A program made the translations under genes and the position numbers. This document shows, one piece after another, positions 18,680-27,665 of a DNA stretch of 37,192 nt. The stretch's first letter is position 1. The number at the start of each line of letters is the position of its first letter. Below the pieces are notes generated by a model that saw only the letters and a list, made by a program, of their open reading frames with translations, ran no database searches and was not told the origin of the DNA. The stretch is from assembly GCA_964388035.1 (NCBI GenBank), contig CAYLZE010000045.1:1-37192 (forward strand). Direction: 5' to 3'. The DNA is from an uncultured archaeon. GTDB taxonomy: Archaea > Asgardarchaeota > Lokiarchaeia > Sigyniarchaeales > SOKP01.

Positions 18680-19471
18680 ATGCGAAAATTAAATTATGAA
18701 AAACTAGTCCTTGACATTTCAAATTGGATGAAGGAGTATACCATTGCTGCTCAATCAAAAGGGATAGTAGTTGGACTCAGTGGAGGTATCGATTCTTCTG
18801 TTACAGCAGCACTTTCTGTTAAAGCTTTTGGCACAAAAAACGTACTTGGAGTGGGGATGCCCTGTAATTCTATACCTCAAGATTTAATGGATGCTAAACT
18901 AGTAGCTCAAGAATTAAACATTCCTTTTTATGATTTTGATTTAACCTCCGTATATAGGGAATTACTTGCTCAATTGCATGTAAAAGAAGAGGAACGTGAT
19001 CTTGCACTTTCAAATATTAAACCACGTTTACGAATGACAGCTTTATATTATTTGGCACAATCAAAAGATTATTTAGTAGCGGGCACTGGAAATAGGACAG
19101 AAATACTGATCGGCTATTTTACCAAACATGGTGATATTGGAATGCAAATCGGATTTCAACACTAAGGAGGAGTAGATCTGGAGCCTATTGGGGCACTGTA
19201 TAAATGTGAGGTCAGGGAACTAGCAAAACTCTTAAACATACCTACCAAAATCATTACAAAACCCCCCTCTGCTGGATTATGGAAAGGTCAAACGGATGAA
19301 GGGGAAATTGGCATGACGTATAATGAATTAGATGAGATTTTATACCGGCTGGATCATAGCTTAGATTTAAGTGATAATCTTCCTCACATTTTAGAAAAAG
19401 TTCAAAATATGATTAAAAAGTCAGAACATAAACGAAAACTCCCCCCCATATTTCCCATTAATGGAGAGTAA
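18680..19471 (+). CDS. nadE: NH3-dependent NAD+ synthetase, join(18680..19135,19166..19471), 253 aa
   Basis: Exon 1 has VGLSGGIDSS, NIKPRLRM, GTGNRTE and GYFTKHGD. Exon 2, in the same frame, has GGVDLEPIGALYKCEVRELA, KPPSAGLWKGQTDEGEIG and SEHKR, with TAA at 19469-19471. Confidence 0.93.
19136..19165 (+). other. Candidate 30-nt bulge-helix-bulge (BHB/BHL) intron in nadE mRNA
   Basis: Central helix GGUG/CACU, 3-nt bulges AUA and AAG, and 7-bp intron stem UUGGAAU/AUUUCAA. Canonical cuts restore GD-GGVD. Confidence 0.8.
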
Positions 19472-19647
19472 GAAACGGTTTTTTACAAAATGTGTTTTTT
19501 TTAATTAAATTCCTTGAATTGAAGATGATTTGGTAATTAAATAAAAAGTTTCTTTTTCTATATCATATAATTTTTATTTACTAACTCTAACTACATATAT
19601 AAATGATTTAAAATTATAATTAATATAAATGAATTAGAGTAATTATC

Positions 19648-20067
19648 ATGAGTGAAGAACTTAAAAAAATTATCGATTCATCATATGATAATGGAAATCC
19701 TATATGGATTTATACTCCTGATTATATATATGGAATGGTTCCGGCAGATCCTGATGAAAATCGATGGAAAGAAGTTGTATATACCTTTCAAGAAGATGAA
19801 GAACCTCTCATTAAACGAGAAAGGAATGCCGATCTCTCTTATCAATTTTTACTGGAAGAAATTGAAAAAGGACTAGCATTCTTTATAGAAGATTTAAATG
19901 TTTTAAAATTAAAAGAGTTCGCAGCAACGATTGAAAGCAAACCAGGACCTGAAAAAGTTAAAGCATTGATAAGCGAAATAGTAACAAATGCTGGCTCCTA
20001 TTCGGCAAATCTTCCAATAATCAAGTCTAAAGATGAGATAGGAAAATTAAAAGAAAAATTAAGTTAA
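19648..20067 (+). CDS. Hypothetical protein
   Basis: 139-aa ORF with protein-like composition and no recognised motif. Confidence 0.75.
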   Translation: MSEELKKIIDSSYDNGNPIWIYTPDYIYGMVPADPDENRWKEVVYTFQEDEEPLIKRERNADLSYQFLLEEIEKGLAFFIEDLNVLKLKEFAATIESKPGPEKVKALISEIVTNAGSYSANLPIIKSKDEIGKLKEKLS

Positions 20068-20101
20068 ACCCCTATTTACTTTTTTCCCTACCCGTAATAA
20101 A

Positions 20102-20605
20102 TTAAATAAATAAGCCGTCTCTCTGAGGGTGTTTTTTAACAAATTCCGCATCAACTTTTCTTCGGAGGACATGAGAAATGTTTGGGTCTCTTTCTGTAAT
20201 GATCTTCTTTAAATAATTTCCATGATTTTGGCTGTATTTTTCAATTCCCGCTGCAACCACACTTTGATCATTTATTGGTACGATCATTCCGAATAATCGC
20301 AACATGTCATCTTTTGACATGTTTTTTCCAATTTTTTCATCAATATCTCTATCTATATTTCTCACTACGGTCCCCATCGAAAGGGCAGAATAAGGACTTA
20401 ATGCTTTAGATTTTAACCAATAAGAATTCGGTTTTTTATTGATAAACGTGTCATTATTTCCATGTTCATCTGAACTGCTAATTACATTCCATCCTTTTGA
20501 GTCTTTATCATACTCTTTTTTAACTTGCTTAATGATGGCTTGAATAGATTCTACTCCGTGATAATCCTTTTTCTCTTCTTTTTTATCTGTCATTATCTCT
20601 AACAT
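20102..20605 (-). CDS. Hypothetical protein
   Basis: 167-aa soluble ORF with no recognised motif. The start may be the second Met. Confidence 0.75.
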   Translation of the reverse strand: MLEIMTDKKEEKKDYHGVESIQAIIKQVKKEYDKDSKGWNVISSSDEHGNNDTFINKKPNSYWLKSKALSPYSALSMGTVVRNIDRDIDEKIGKNMSKDDMLRLFGMIVPINDQSVVAAGIEKYSQNHGNYLKKIITERDPNISHVLRRKVDAEFVKKHPQRDGLFI

Positions 20606-20759
20606 ATAAAATAAAAAAAAGTATAAAAACTTAAAGAAAAAAAAGGATTAGAGAAAATTAACGATCATGGATTAATTCATAATAAAAAACTTTAATAGAA
20701 TAAATTCAATTTTATAAAGGCTTTCAAATACATCATTTCAATCTTAAATTTAAAGGACG

Positions 20760-22682
20760 ATGGAAATTAAAACCCAAGAATTCTCATTAAAAGAAGTTTC
20801 CCTAGATATCCAATATTCCCTTAATACTCCCAAACCGGCTAAAATCAATTATTATTTAAAGAATTTGGCTGAAATAGAAGCAAAATTTTTGGAAGTATAT
20901 GATAAAAAGAAAAAAGAGGGCGTGTTTTTTACGAATACGAAAATCTCTCAATTCATGGTGAATCGAGCTTTACTCACGTGTATCAATAAATTTCTAAGAG
21001 AAAAAGTAATAATTTCCGAAGTAATAGGCAAATTAGAAGATCTCGAGGGACTCGATAATCAAGTTAAAAATAGAGTGTTTGATTTTTTATTGCAGTTGAC
21101 AATTTGCGATCCTTCTTGTGGCACCGGGGTTTTTCTGATTACTTTTGCTTCATCGCTAATTAATATTCTTTCAAAATTAAAAAGTGAAGTAAATGAAGTA
21201 AATGAAGTAAATGAAAGACCCCTCAAAAAAAGAATTGTAGAAAATTTATTTGGCCTTGATATAAATCCTCTCTCGTTAAATCTTTGCTCCTTAAAATTAT
21301 TAAAATGGTATTTTAATAATAGATATCCAGAAGACTTGGAAATTATTTCATGTTTAAGGAAGAATTTAAGAATAGATAATACCATAATGTCAGACAATTG
21401 GATTCAATTACACTTTAACCATAATTCCTTTGACGTCATTATTGGAAATCCTCCTTACGGAAACATTTTAAGCGATAAAGAAAAACAAATTTTAAGAGAG
21501 CAAAAAACGTATTATCAAGATATTTATATTATCTATTTAATAAAAGCGATTAATTGGATTGATGAGGGACTTGTTTGCTTTTTAGTTCCTAAAAGTTTCC
21601 TCTTGAGGCAAGGATATGTTCAATTTCGGAGACACTTATTAAAAGAGGTTAATTTACTAGAAATTCACGATCTTGGGTCGAGTATTTTTCCAGGAGCAAC
21701 TAATGAAGTTCAAATATTAATCTTTGAAAAATCAAAGGGGGAAAAAAAAGATTTGAGGATTTTTGATTATCCTGGGAAATTGATAAACACCCTTACCTCT
21801 CAAGATGTCGATCGATTGAGAATGTGCATGAATAAAAAATGTAAGTTTAATTCACTCGCCAAGAAATTTTTTGTATATACCATGAAATCCAGATGTCCTT
21901 ATTGTAATTTGGAAACCAATCTCATGCATCGAATTCGAATAAAACCCAATGAAGTTAATATGAGTTTAATCAGCAAAATTGAATCGATAGGAGATTTAAA
22001 TTTTTTAAACTTAATAGAATTTCCAAAGTTAATTCGTGGAGAAGAAGATCACGGATTAAGGGAGGTCAGAAAAAAGGTAGAAAACAATACCAATAATTCT
22101 TGCTTTTTTATCGATGCTAAATACGATTTTCACTATTATTTCTTGGATTTTAATAAGAGCGTGAATCTAAACATGATGGATGCCTCCCTCCTTAAAGGAA
22201 AAGAAAAAGAATTCTATCTAAAGCCTAAATTGTTGATTAAGCACAATAATATCATCCCTGAAACCATATACACCGAAATTCCCGTGTGTTTTACATCATC
22301 GGTCTATTCCTTACTTCATGAGGATGCCACCGTATTACAATTTCTATGTGGGCTCTTAAACTCAAGTTTAATGCAATTTTATTGCATATATGGAATAAAT
22401 AACCAAAAAGATACCACGATCAATTTAAATCAGTACATGATCCGGCATTTACCCATTATTCGAGCAAATGACCAAAAAAAAAGGGAAATTGGATCAAGAG
22501 TAGCAGAGATTATTCAATTGAATGAAAAGAACAAGGATAAATTGAATAATCAGGTCATTAAATTAATCCAAGAAAATGATGAGTTAATTTTTGACCTATA
22601 TTCCATCACTTTAAAGGAAAAAGAACAGATTATTTACGAAGTTAAACAACAAATTGAATTCTTTAAAAAAGTGCATAAATGA
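20760..22682 (+). CDS. DNA amino-(N6-adenine) methyltransferase, TaqI/Eco57I-like, with C-terminal specificity domain
   Basis: Motif X GVFFT, motif I ICDPSCGTGVF, FGLDIN and motif IV FDVIIGNPPY. The C-terminus resembles TaqI_C (FLCGLLNSSL..., IRHLPI). Confidence 0.88.
   Translation: MEIKTQEFSLKEVSLDIQYSLNTPKPAKINYYLKNLAEIEAKFLEVYDKKKKEGVFFTNTKISQFMVNRALLTCINKFLREKVIISEVIGKLEDLEGLDNQVKNRVFDFLLQLTICDPSCGTGVFLITFASSLINILSKLKSEVNEVNEVNERPLKKRIVENLFGLDINPLSLNLCSLKLLKWYFNNRYPEDLEIISCLRKNLRIDNTIMSDNWIQLHFNHNSFDVIIGNPPYGNILSDKEKQILREQKTYYQDIYIIYLIKAINWIDEGLVCFLVPKSFLLRQGYVQFRRHLLKEVNLLEIHDLGSSIFPGATNEVQILIFEKSKGEKKDLRIFDYPGKLINTLTSQDVDRLRMCMNKKCKFNSLAKKFFVYTMKSRCPYCNLETNLMHRIRIKPNEVNMSLISKIESIGDLNFLNLIEFPKLIRGEEDHGLREVRKKVENNTNNSCFFIDAKYDFHYYFLDFNKSVNLNMMDASLLKGKEKEFYLKPKLLIKHNNIIPETIYTEIPVCFTSSVYSLLHEDATVLQFLCGLLNSSLMQFYCIYGINNQKDTTINLNQYMIRHLPIIRANDQKKREIGSRVAEIIQLNEKNKDKLNNQVIKLIQENDELIFDLYSITLKEKEQIIYEVKQQIEFFKKVHK
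21185..21215 (+). repeat. In-frame 9-bp tandem repeat (TGAAGTAAA)x3.4
   Basis: Exact repeats encoding EVNEVNEVNE. Confidence 0.9.
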
Positions 22683-23245
22683 ACATCATGGCGCCCAAAA
22701 TATCTTACCCGCAATTCATTAATTCCGATTTTTATTCCTTTTTCAATTTAGAGGAAATTGATCGAAAAGGTGGAGAACATGGTGTTATTTCTTATTATTA
22801 TAAGCCGGGGGGATTTCAAGAATATATTGATCTCAATTTTATAATGAAAAATAATGATATCCTCCAAGGTATTTTAAAAATCGATCGAATATGGCTTGGA
22901 GATATAAATCACCTCAACATGTTTGCCAAAGATATTACAAAAAGCTTTTTAGAACTTCTAATTCCAAATGATCTAAAAGAATTCAAGCTTTTATTGATTC
23001 AAAATATTTGGAACATGAAAGGAAATGAGGATCGGGTGATTTGTTGGGATGAAGTAGTAAAATGTTGGGAGGACTATTCACCCGAAGTTAAAACATTTTT
23101 AGACGTATATCGTGGAATTAGCAATTTTAGCCAAAAAGTCTTTGAAGATGCCACGATTTTAATGGAAAATCAACCCAATAAAGAGGAGAATAAAATCTAT
23201 TTTATTACTTCAGTTTATTGGAATGAAATTGACCCCAATCTATAA
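22679..23245 (+). CDS. Hypothetical protein coupled to the methyltransferase
   Basis: 188-aa ORF with an ATGA overlap with the upstream stop codon. Confidence 0.75.
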   Translation: MNIMAPKISYPQFINSDFYSFFNLEEIDRKGGEHGVISYYYKPGGFQEYIDLNFIMKNNDILQGILKIDRIWLGDINHLNMFAKDITKSFLELLIPNDLKEFKLLLIQNIWNMKGNEDRVICWDEVVKCWEDYSPEVKTFLDVYRGISNFSQKVFEDATILMENQPNKEENKIYFITSVYWNEIDPNL

Positions 23246-23296
23246 AATAGTAAATCTTTTCTCGTTTTAAAATTAAAAGTAAAATGGCATGTTCTC

Positions 23297-24340
23297 TTAA
23301 TAGATACCTAGATAATCAGTTAAAGCTTTTGCCATGCCTAAATTCCTGCAAGCCATCTCGAAAGGCTCCCAGGGCCATTCGCATCCCGCAGCATACATGT
23401 ATTTGCCGCCTGGTTTTCCTGCTTTGATCGTTGATGCAATGGCTTCTAAGACTTCCTTGGGTGAATAAGTAAGGGAACCTAATATTTGAGTATTGGTATT
23501 TCCCCGAATGCAATTAAGTCCTTTTAATTTCTCTTTTGCTTCTTTCAAGTTTACTTGATAATCAAGATCTAAAATTGTTGCATTTGTATTCGAAACTAAT
23601 TTTAACATGTCATGGCCTTCTCTATCTATTTTTGAATTATCTCCGCAAATATGATAGAGAACGGGAACTTTCTTTTGAATCTCTGCGAACAATTCTTTTG
23701 TGGCTTTTAGGCAACATCTTTCATACCGCATGGGACCAATCTGAGAAATGGCCGAGTCTCCTGCCCCAATAATGTCTGCCCCTGCTTCTATTTGAAGCAG
23801 CGCAAATTCTCTCTGTATGGGAAGTATTCTCTCAATTAAGCTTCTTATTTTTTTATCCCAATCGGGATATCTGCATAATAAAAGTACATTTATGATATCG
23901 AATAAACAACAAATTTCTGCAAAAGGAGCTTCAATCCACCCAATAATGCATTGCTCTCCACCGACTTTTTCACGTAATATTTCAACTGCTTTAATCCGAT
24001 TCTGTATTCGTTCATTTTCTAAGATGTCTGGAGCTTCTAGGGACTCGAATTCTTGGATACTTAAAGGCGTTTTCGCTACGGGCGTATGGCCATTCCAATT
24101 TATTTGCACCCCCCAAGCATTTGCTTCCCTATATGCATCCGTGGAAACGTTCACATGATCGATCCCAAACATCCTTGAACACTTGATTTGAGCTTCTGCT
24201 AAAATTGTTGGATTTTGACAATAATCATGATTATAATCCACTCTTGCTAAAGAAGCTGCAAAATGCATGATAAAGGGATTAAAAGGAATTTTTTCGGGGA
24301 TTCCTTTAATTGCTGATAATGTTAAATCCAGAGAATTCAT
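23297..24340 (-). CDS. MtaA/CmuA (uroporphyrinogen decarboxylase-like) family methyltransferase
   Basis: GWIEAPF, QIEAGADII, HICG and a C-terminal AGCE (Zn ligands). Confidence 0.88.
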   Translation of the reverse strand: MNSLDLTLSAIKGIPEKIPFNPFIMHFAASLARVDYNHDYCQNPTILAEAQIKCSRMFGIDHVNVSTDAYREANAWGVQINWNGHTPVAKTPLSIQEFESLEAPDILENERIQNRIKAVEILREKVGGEQCIIGWIEAPFAEICCLFDIINVLLLCRYPDWDKKIRSLIERILPIQREFALLQIEAGADIIGAGDSAISQIGPMRYERCCLKATKELFAEIQKKVPVLYHICGDNSKIDREGHDMLKLVSNTNATILDLDYQVNLKEAKEKLKGLNCIRGNTNTQILGSLTYSPKEVLEAIASTIKAGKPGGKYMYAAGCEWPWEPFEMACRNLGMAKALTDYLGIY

Positions 24341-24415
24341 GTTAGATGTATTTTATTCTAATAACGAGAATTGTTATATATATTAATAAAATACTTTTTA
24401 TTTATCCTTGATCCT

Positions 24416-25435
24416 TCATTTTTCATTCAGAATGAAATGAAAATCACAAATTTCATCTCCCGCCCCAATGAATCGCTTTCTCACCAGCTTTATGTTTGAA
24501 TTGTATTCTTCTATAGCAGGTAAAAAGAATGGAACGCACATGTCTTTGCAAATTGATTCCATTTTGTCATGCCGTTCAGGATTACGGTCCATCCCGGCCA
24601 TATAAGGGCATAAAGTTACTAATAAAATTGCTTCTTCAGAATCGTTTTTAATGACTTTATATTCATAACCTTCCGCCGTGAAGCAGAAAATAAGAATTTC
24701 CATTAAGTTCTGCAAGTTTTTCTCTTGAATCTTTAAATATTTAATTAATCTTCGAAAAATTATCTGATAAAGTTTCTGCCAAACTAGTATGTCTATTTTG
24801 AGAGCTTTGTCAAATCCTAATTCATTTTCCGTCTCAACCATCCAAAGCCCATCCAAAGTGAGGAAATGATGTTCAAAATAAAACAATTTATCCTCTAATG
24901 TGAGCTCTCTTACTTCCAACTCTTCTGTTGAAAGATTAAGCTTTCCTTGAGCGGAAAACTTGAAATGGCATAATGGATCCCCTAACCCTTGAAATTGATC
25001 GCGATTAATATTGATGTCGGGATTAAATTCGTGTACTATTTCTTTATAAAAAGGCATGCACATATCCCGGCATATCAATGGAATTTTGTCATGACGCTCG
25101 GGATTACGTTCCATGGCTGCTTTATAGGGACAAGTTTTTACTTCTACAATAATCTCATTTAATTCATTCTTGATTATTTCATAGTTCCATCCCTCTATGG
25201 TCCATCGGAACGTGAGGATCTGTAATAAATCTTGAAGCGTACTGGATTTAATTCCTAAATATCTTTTAAGACGCCGAAAAATTGTCTTCAAAAGTCTTAT
25301 CCAGACTATTGTATCGATCTTTAATGCAATTTCCCAATTTGATTCCTCCTCAGTTAAAATCATCCACAAGCCATCCAACGTGAAAAAGCTTCTTCCCAAA
25401 TAAAAAAGTTTATCCTCTTTTGTAAGTTCTCTCAT
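24416..25435 (-). CDS. Protein with two tandem V4R-like (DUF6125/ATC-hydrolase-like) domains
   Basis: Internal duplication: RELT.EDKLFY, FTLDGLW, CPY...RNPERHDK..IC.DMC and GD..C.F.F each occur twice. Confidence 0.75.
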   Translation of the reverse strand: MRELTKEDKLFYLGRSFFTLDGLWMILTEEESNWEIALKIDTIVWIRLLKTIFRRLKRYLGIKSSTLQDLLQILTFRWTIEGWNYEIIKNELNEIIVEVKTCPYKAAMERNPERHDKIPLICRDMCMPFYKEIVHEFNPDININRDQFQGLGDPLCHFKFSAQGKLNLSTEELEVRELTLEDKLFYFEHHFLTLDGLWMVETENELGFDKALKIDILVWQKLYQIIFRRLIKYLKIQEKNLQNLMEILIFCFTAEGYEYKVIKNDSEEAILLVTLCPYMAGMDRNPERHDKMESICKDMCVPFFLPAIEEYNSNIKLVRKRFIGAGDEICDFHFILNEK

Positions 25436-25644
25436 CTAGCTCCCATTTATCCTAGCAATCCTAATAAATTGTTAAATGTAAATGTATAATTCTTAATATT
25501 CTTAATGTTGTAGAGAATAAAAAAATAGAGAGATTCTTCAAGAAAGCTAATATAATTATTTTCTTTTTCAGCCGAATAGTTTTAAAATGAATGATTCATT
25601 TATAAATTTCATGATTTTTTAACCAAAAAATCAATGAATTAAAA

Positions 25645-26634
25645 ATGAAAAGGAAATCATTGTATTTGCATAAGACTTTATTTGCATTCTCGATCATGGG
25701 GTTGTTCATTTTCCCATTATCATTTATCCTTTCCATGGGAGATATTACATCTATCCCTAATTCCTGTACAATCTTTACGGTATCTAAAGGAGACAAGGTA
25801 ATTTTTGGAAATAATGAAGATTATCCTCTAGAACATGGTAGGATATGGTTTCTCCCAGGAGCCTCGGGGAAGAATGGACTATCGTTAGTTGGTTATGAGT
25901 TACATAATAATTTGGATATTCCTGTTGGGGGAATGAATGATCAAGGGCTGGTCATTGATATGAACGCATTACGTTCTCAATCCATGAAAACAGATCCTGC
26001 TAAAAAAGATTATATGGGAAGTTTTATTCAGCAAATGCTCGAAGAATGTGATAATATTATCGAAGTGATAGATTGGATAAAGGATTATAACTTATTTATT
26101 TTAGAGACAAATCAAGTACACATTGCCGATAAATTTGGTAATGCGATTGTGATTTCATTAGATTCCAATGGTGGAACAACTATTACTAAAAAAACGGGAG
26201 ATTTCTTAGTTTCTACTAATTTTAATCTCGCACAAGAAAAACAACAATGCAACCGATATGAAACGGCTACCACCATGTTGGAGAACATGAAAGAATTATC
26301 GGTTGAGTATTGCCGACAAATTCTAAAAAGTACGGGCAGTCCTTCCTATACCATGTATTCTAATATTAATGATTTAAAGAATGGACTAATATATCTTTAT
26401 GCCCATGGAGATTTTGATCGATCTGCTGTTATTAACTTAGCGGAAGAACTTTCTAGAGGTTCTCATTCTTATGACATTTCAACCATCGTTAATCAGCAAA
26501 CTGGATCTTTTGGGGATGGACAAATATTCAGCATTATATTTTCTTGCTTGATCATTGGCTTTGCATTCTTGGGATGCCTATTGCTCATTCTGGTAAAGCT
26601 AAAAAAAATACATGTGAAACAAGATATTGAATAA
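25645..26634 (+). CDS. Membrane-anchored Ntn-hydrolase (C45/choloylglycine hydrolase-like)
   Basis: Signal/TM segment, nucleophile S-CTIF, GNNED, GGMNDQGL, TNF, RY and a C-terminal TM helix. Confidence 0.82.
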   Translation: MKRKSLYLHKTLFAFSIMGLFIFPLSFILSMGDITSIPNSCTIFTVSKGDKVIFGNNEDYPLEHGRIWFLPGASGKNGLSLVGYELHNNLDIPVGGMNDQGLVIDMNALRSQSMKTDPAKKDYMGSFIQQMLEECDNIIEVIDWIKDYNLFILETNQVHIADKFGNAIVISLDSNGGTTITKKTGDFLVSTNFNLAQEKQQCNRYETATTMLENMKELSVEYCRQILKSTGSPSYTMYSNINDLKNGLIYLYAHGDFDRSAVINLAEELSRGSHSYDISTIVNQQTGSFGDGQIFSIIFSCLIIGFAFLGCLLLILVKLKKIHVKQDIE

Positions 26635-26694
26635 GTTTGTCAAAAAATATTTTCTATTGAAATTAATTAAAAATATATATTTTGGAAGAAAATT

Positions 26695-27315
26695 ATGACA
26701 GTTAATGAAGAAAAATCTAAGAATGATGATACACCTGATAAAAAAGATGAAAAAGTAGACTTTCGCAAGTTTTTTATCACTTTAATTATTTTCACGGGAT
26801 TGGTCGCCTTTCTTTCTGCTTTTATAAAAATACCAATCACATTGAATCTCTATTGGATTACTTTGACTTATTATTTATACTTCACCCCGCTTCTCATCTA
26901 TACCATTGGAATCATGTTTAGGTCCTGGATAGCATTCGTCATGGGTACTCTTGGAGTCATTTTAGGAGAAATGATATATTGTTTGGCATATGGATGCAGT
27001 GGAGAATTACCCTATTATTTGATTTTTGCATTAGTATCTCGGGGAGCTGAAGTTTTATTAATCTCCTTGCTCCGAAAGAAGAATGAGTTATTAGCAATGC
27101 TAGTTGGTGGATTATGGGTACTTATAGGATTACTTTTGGTTTATTATCTATATTATTATCGCTTTCTATATTGGGATTTAACCTTCGTGATCCTTTATGC
27201 CATTATTTCTGCCCTACTTGACTTGATCTTTATCCCCTTTTCCTTCCTTCTCAACATGGCACTCCGCAAGGCATTGAATGTAAAATATCTCGAGGAATTA
27301 TTATATAATACCTAA
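26695..27315 (+). CDS. Integral membrane protein, ECF S-component-like
   Basis: About 6 TM helices in 206 aa, with a G..LGE motif. Confidence 0.6.
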   Translation: MTVNEEKSKNDDTPDKKDEKVDFRKFFITLIIFTGLVAFLSAFIKIPITLNLYWITLTYYLYFTPLLIYTIGIMFRSWIAFVMGTLGVILGEMIYCLAYGCSGELPYYLIFALVSRGAEVLLISLLRKKNELLAMLVGGLWVLIGLLLVYYLYYYRFLYWDLTFVILYAIISALLDLIFIPFSFLLNMALRKALNVKYLEELLYNT

Positions 27316-27665
27316 AAAGTGTGAATACTCCTTTTTTTTATTAATTTCATTTATTAGGGGTTCCTTATTTTTCTTTTCCGCCATTCATTGGTATCGTAGC
27401 GGGAATGTTCCTGATGGCCTTGAGTCTTTCTTTTCTCACCTTCTAAATCTTAATGAAGATCATTTTCTTAAAATATAGTTCAGAAAAATAACTTGATTGT
27501 ACGTGGAAAAATTCCAAAACCTATTCACTCATGCTTTTTTTAATTAAAATAAGCTCCGCATCATATCAATTAAGCTATTATACAATCAAAGTAGGAATAA
27601 AAAAAGATTCCTTTAAATGAAATGATCTTTCAAAAAGGGGATATGTAATTAATATACTTGAAATC

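Noticed and set aside
19163-19165. Stop readthrough or simple nonsense mutation in nadE
   Set aside because: The TAA is part of a 10-codon insertion within a conserved motif. Readthrough would leave the insertion, whereas BHB excision restores the motif precisely.
19136-19165. CRISPR repeat-like appearance of the nadE insert
   Set aside because: It is a single copy with no spacers or cas genes, and the palindromy is explained by the intron stem.
27348-27446. Hydrophobic frame HLLGVPYFSFPPFIGIVAGMFLMALSLSFLTF*
   Set aside because: It has no start before the hydrophobic stretch. It may be a gene remnant but cannot be supported.
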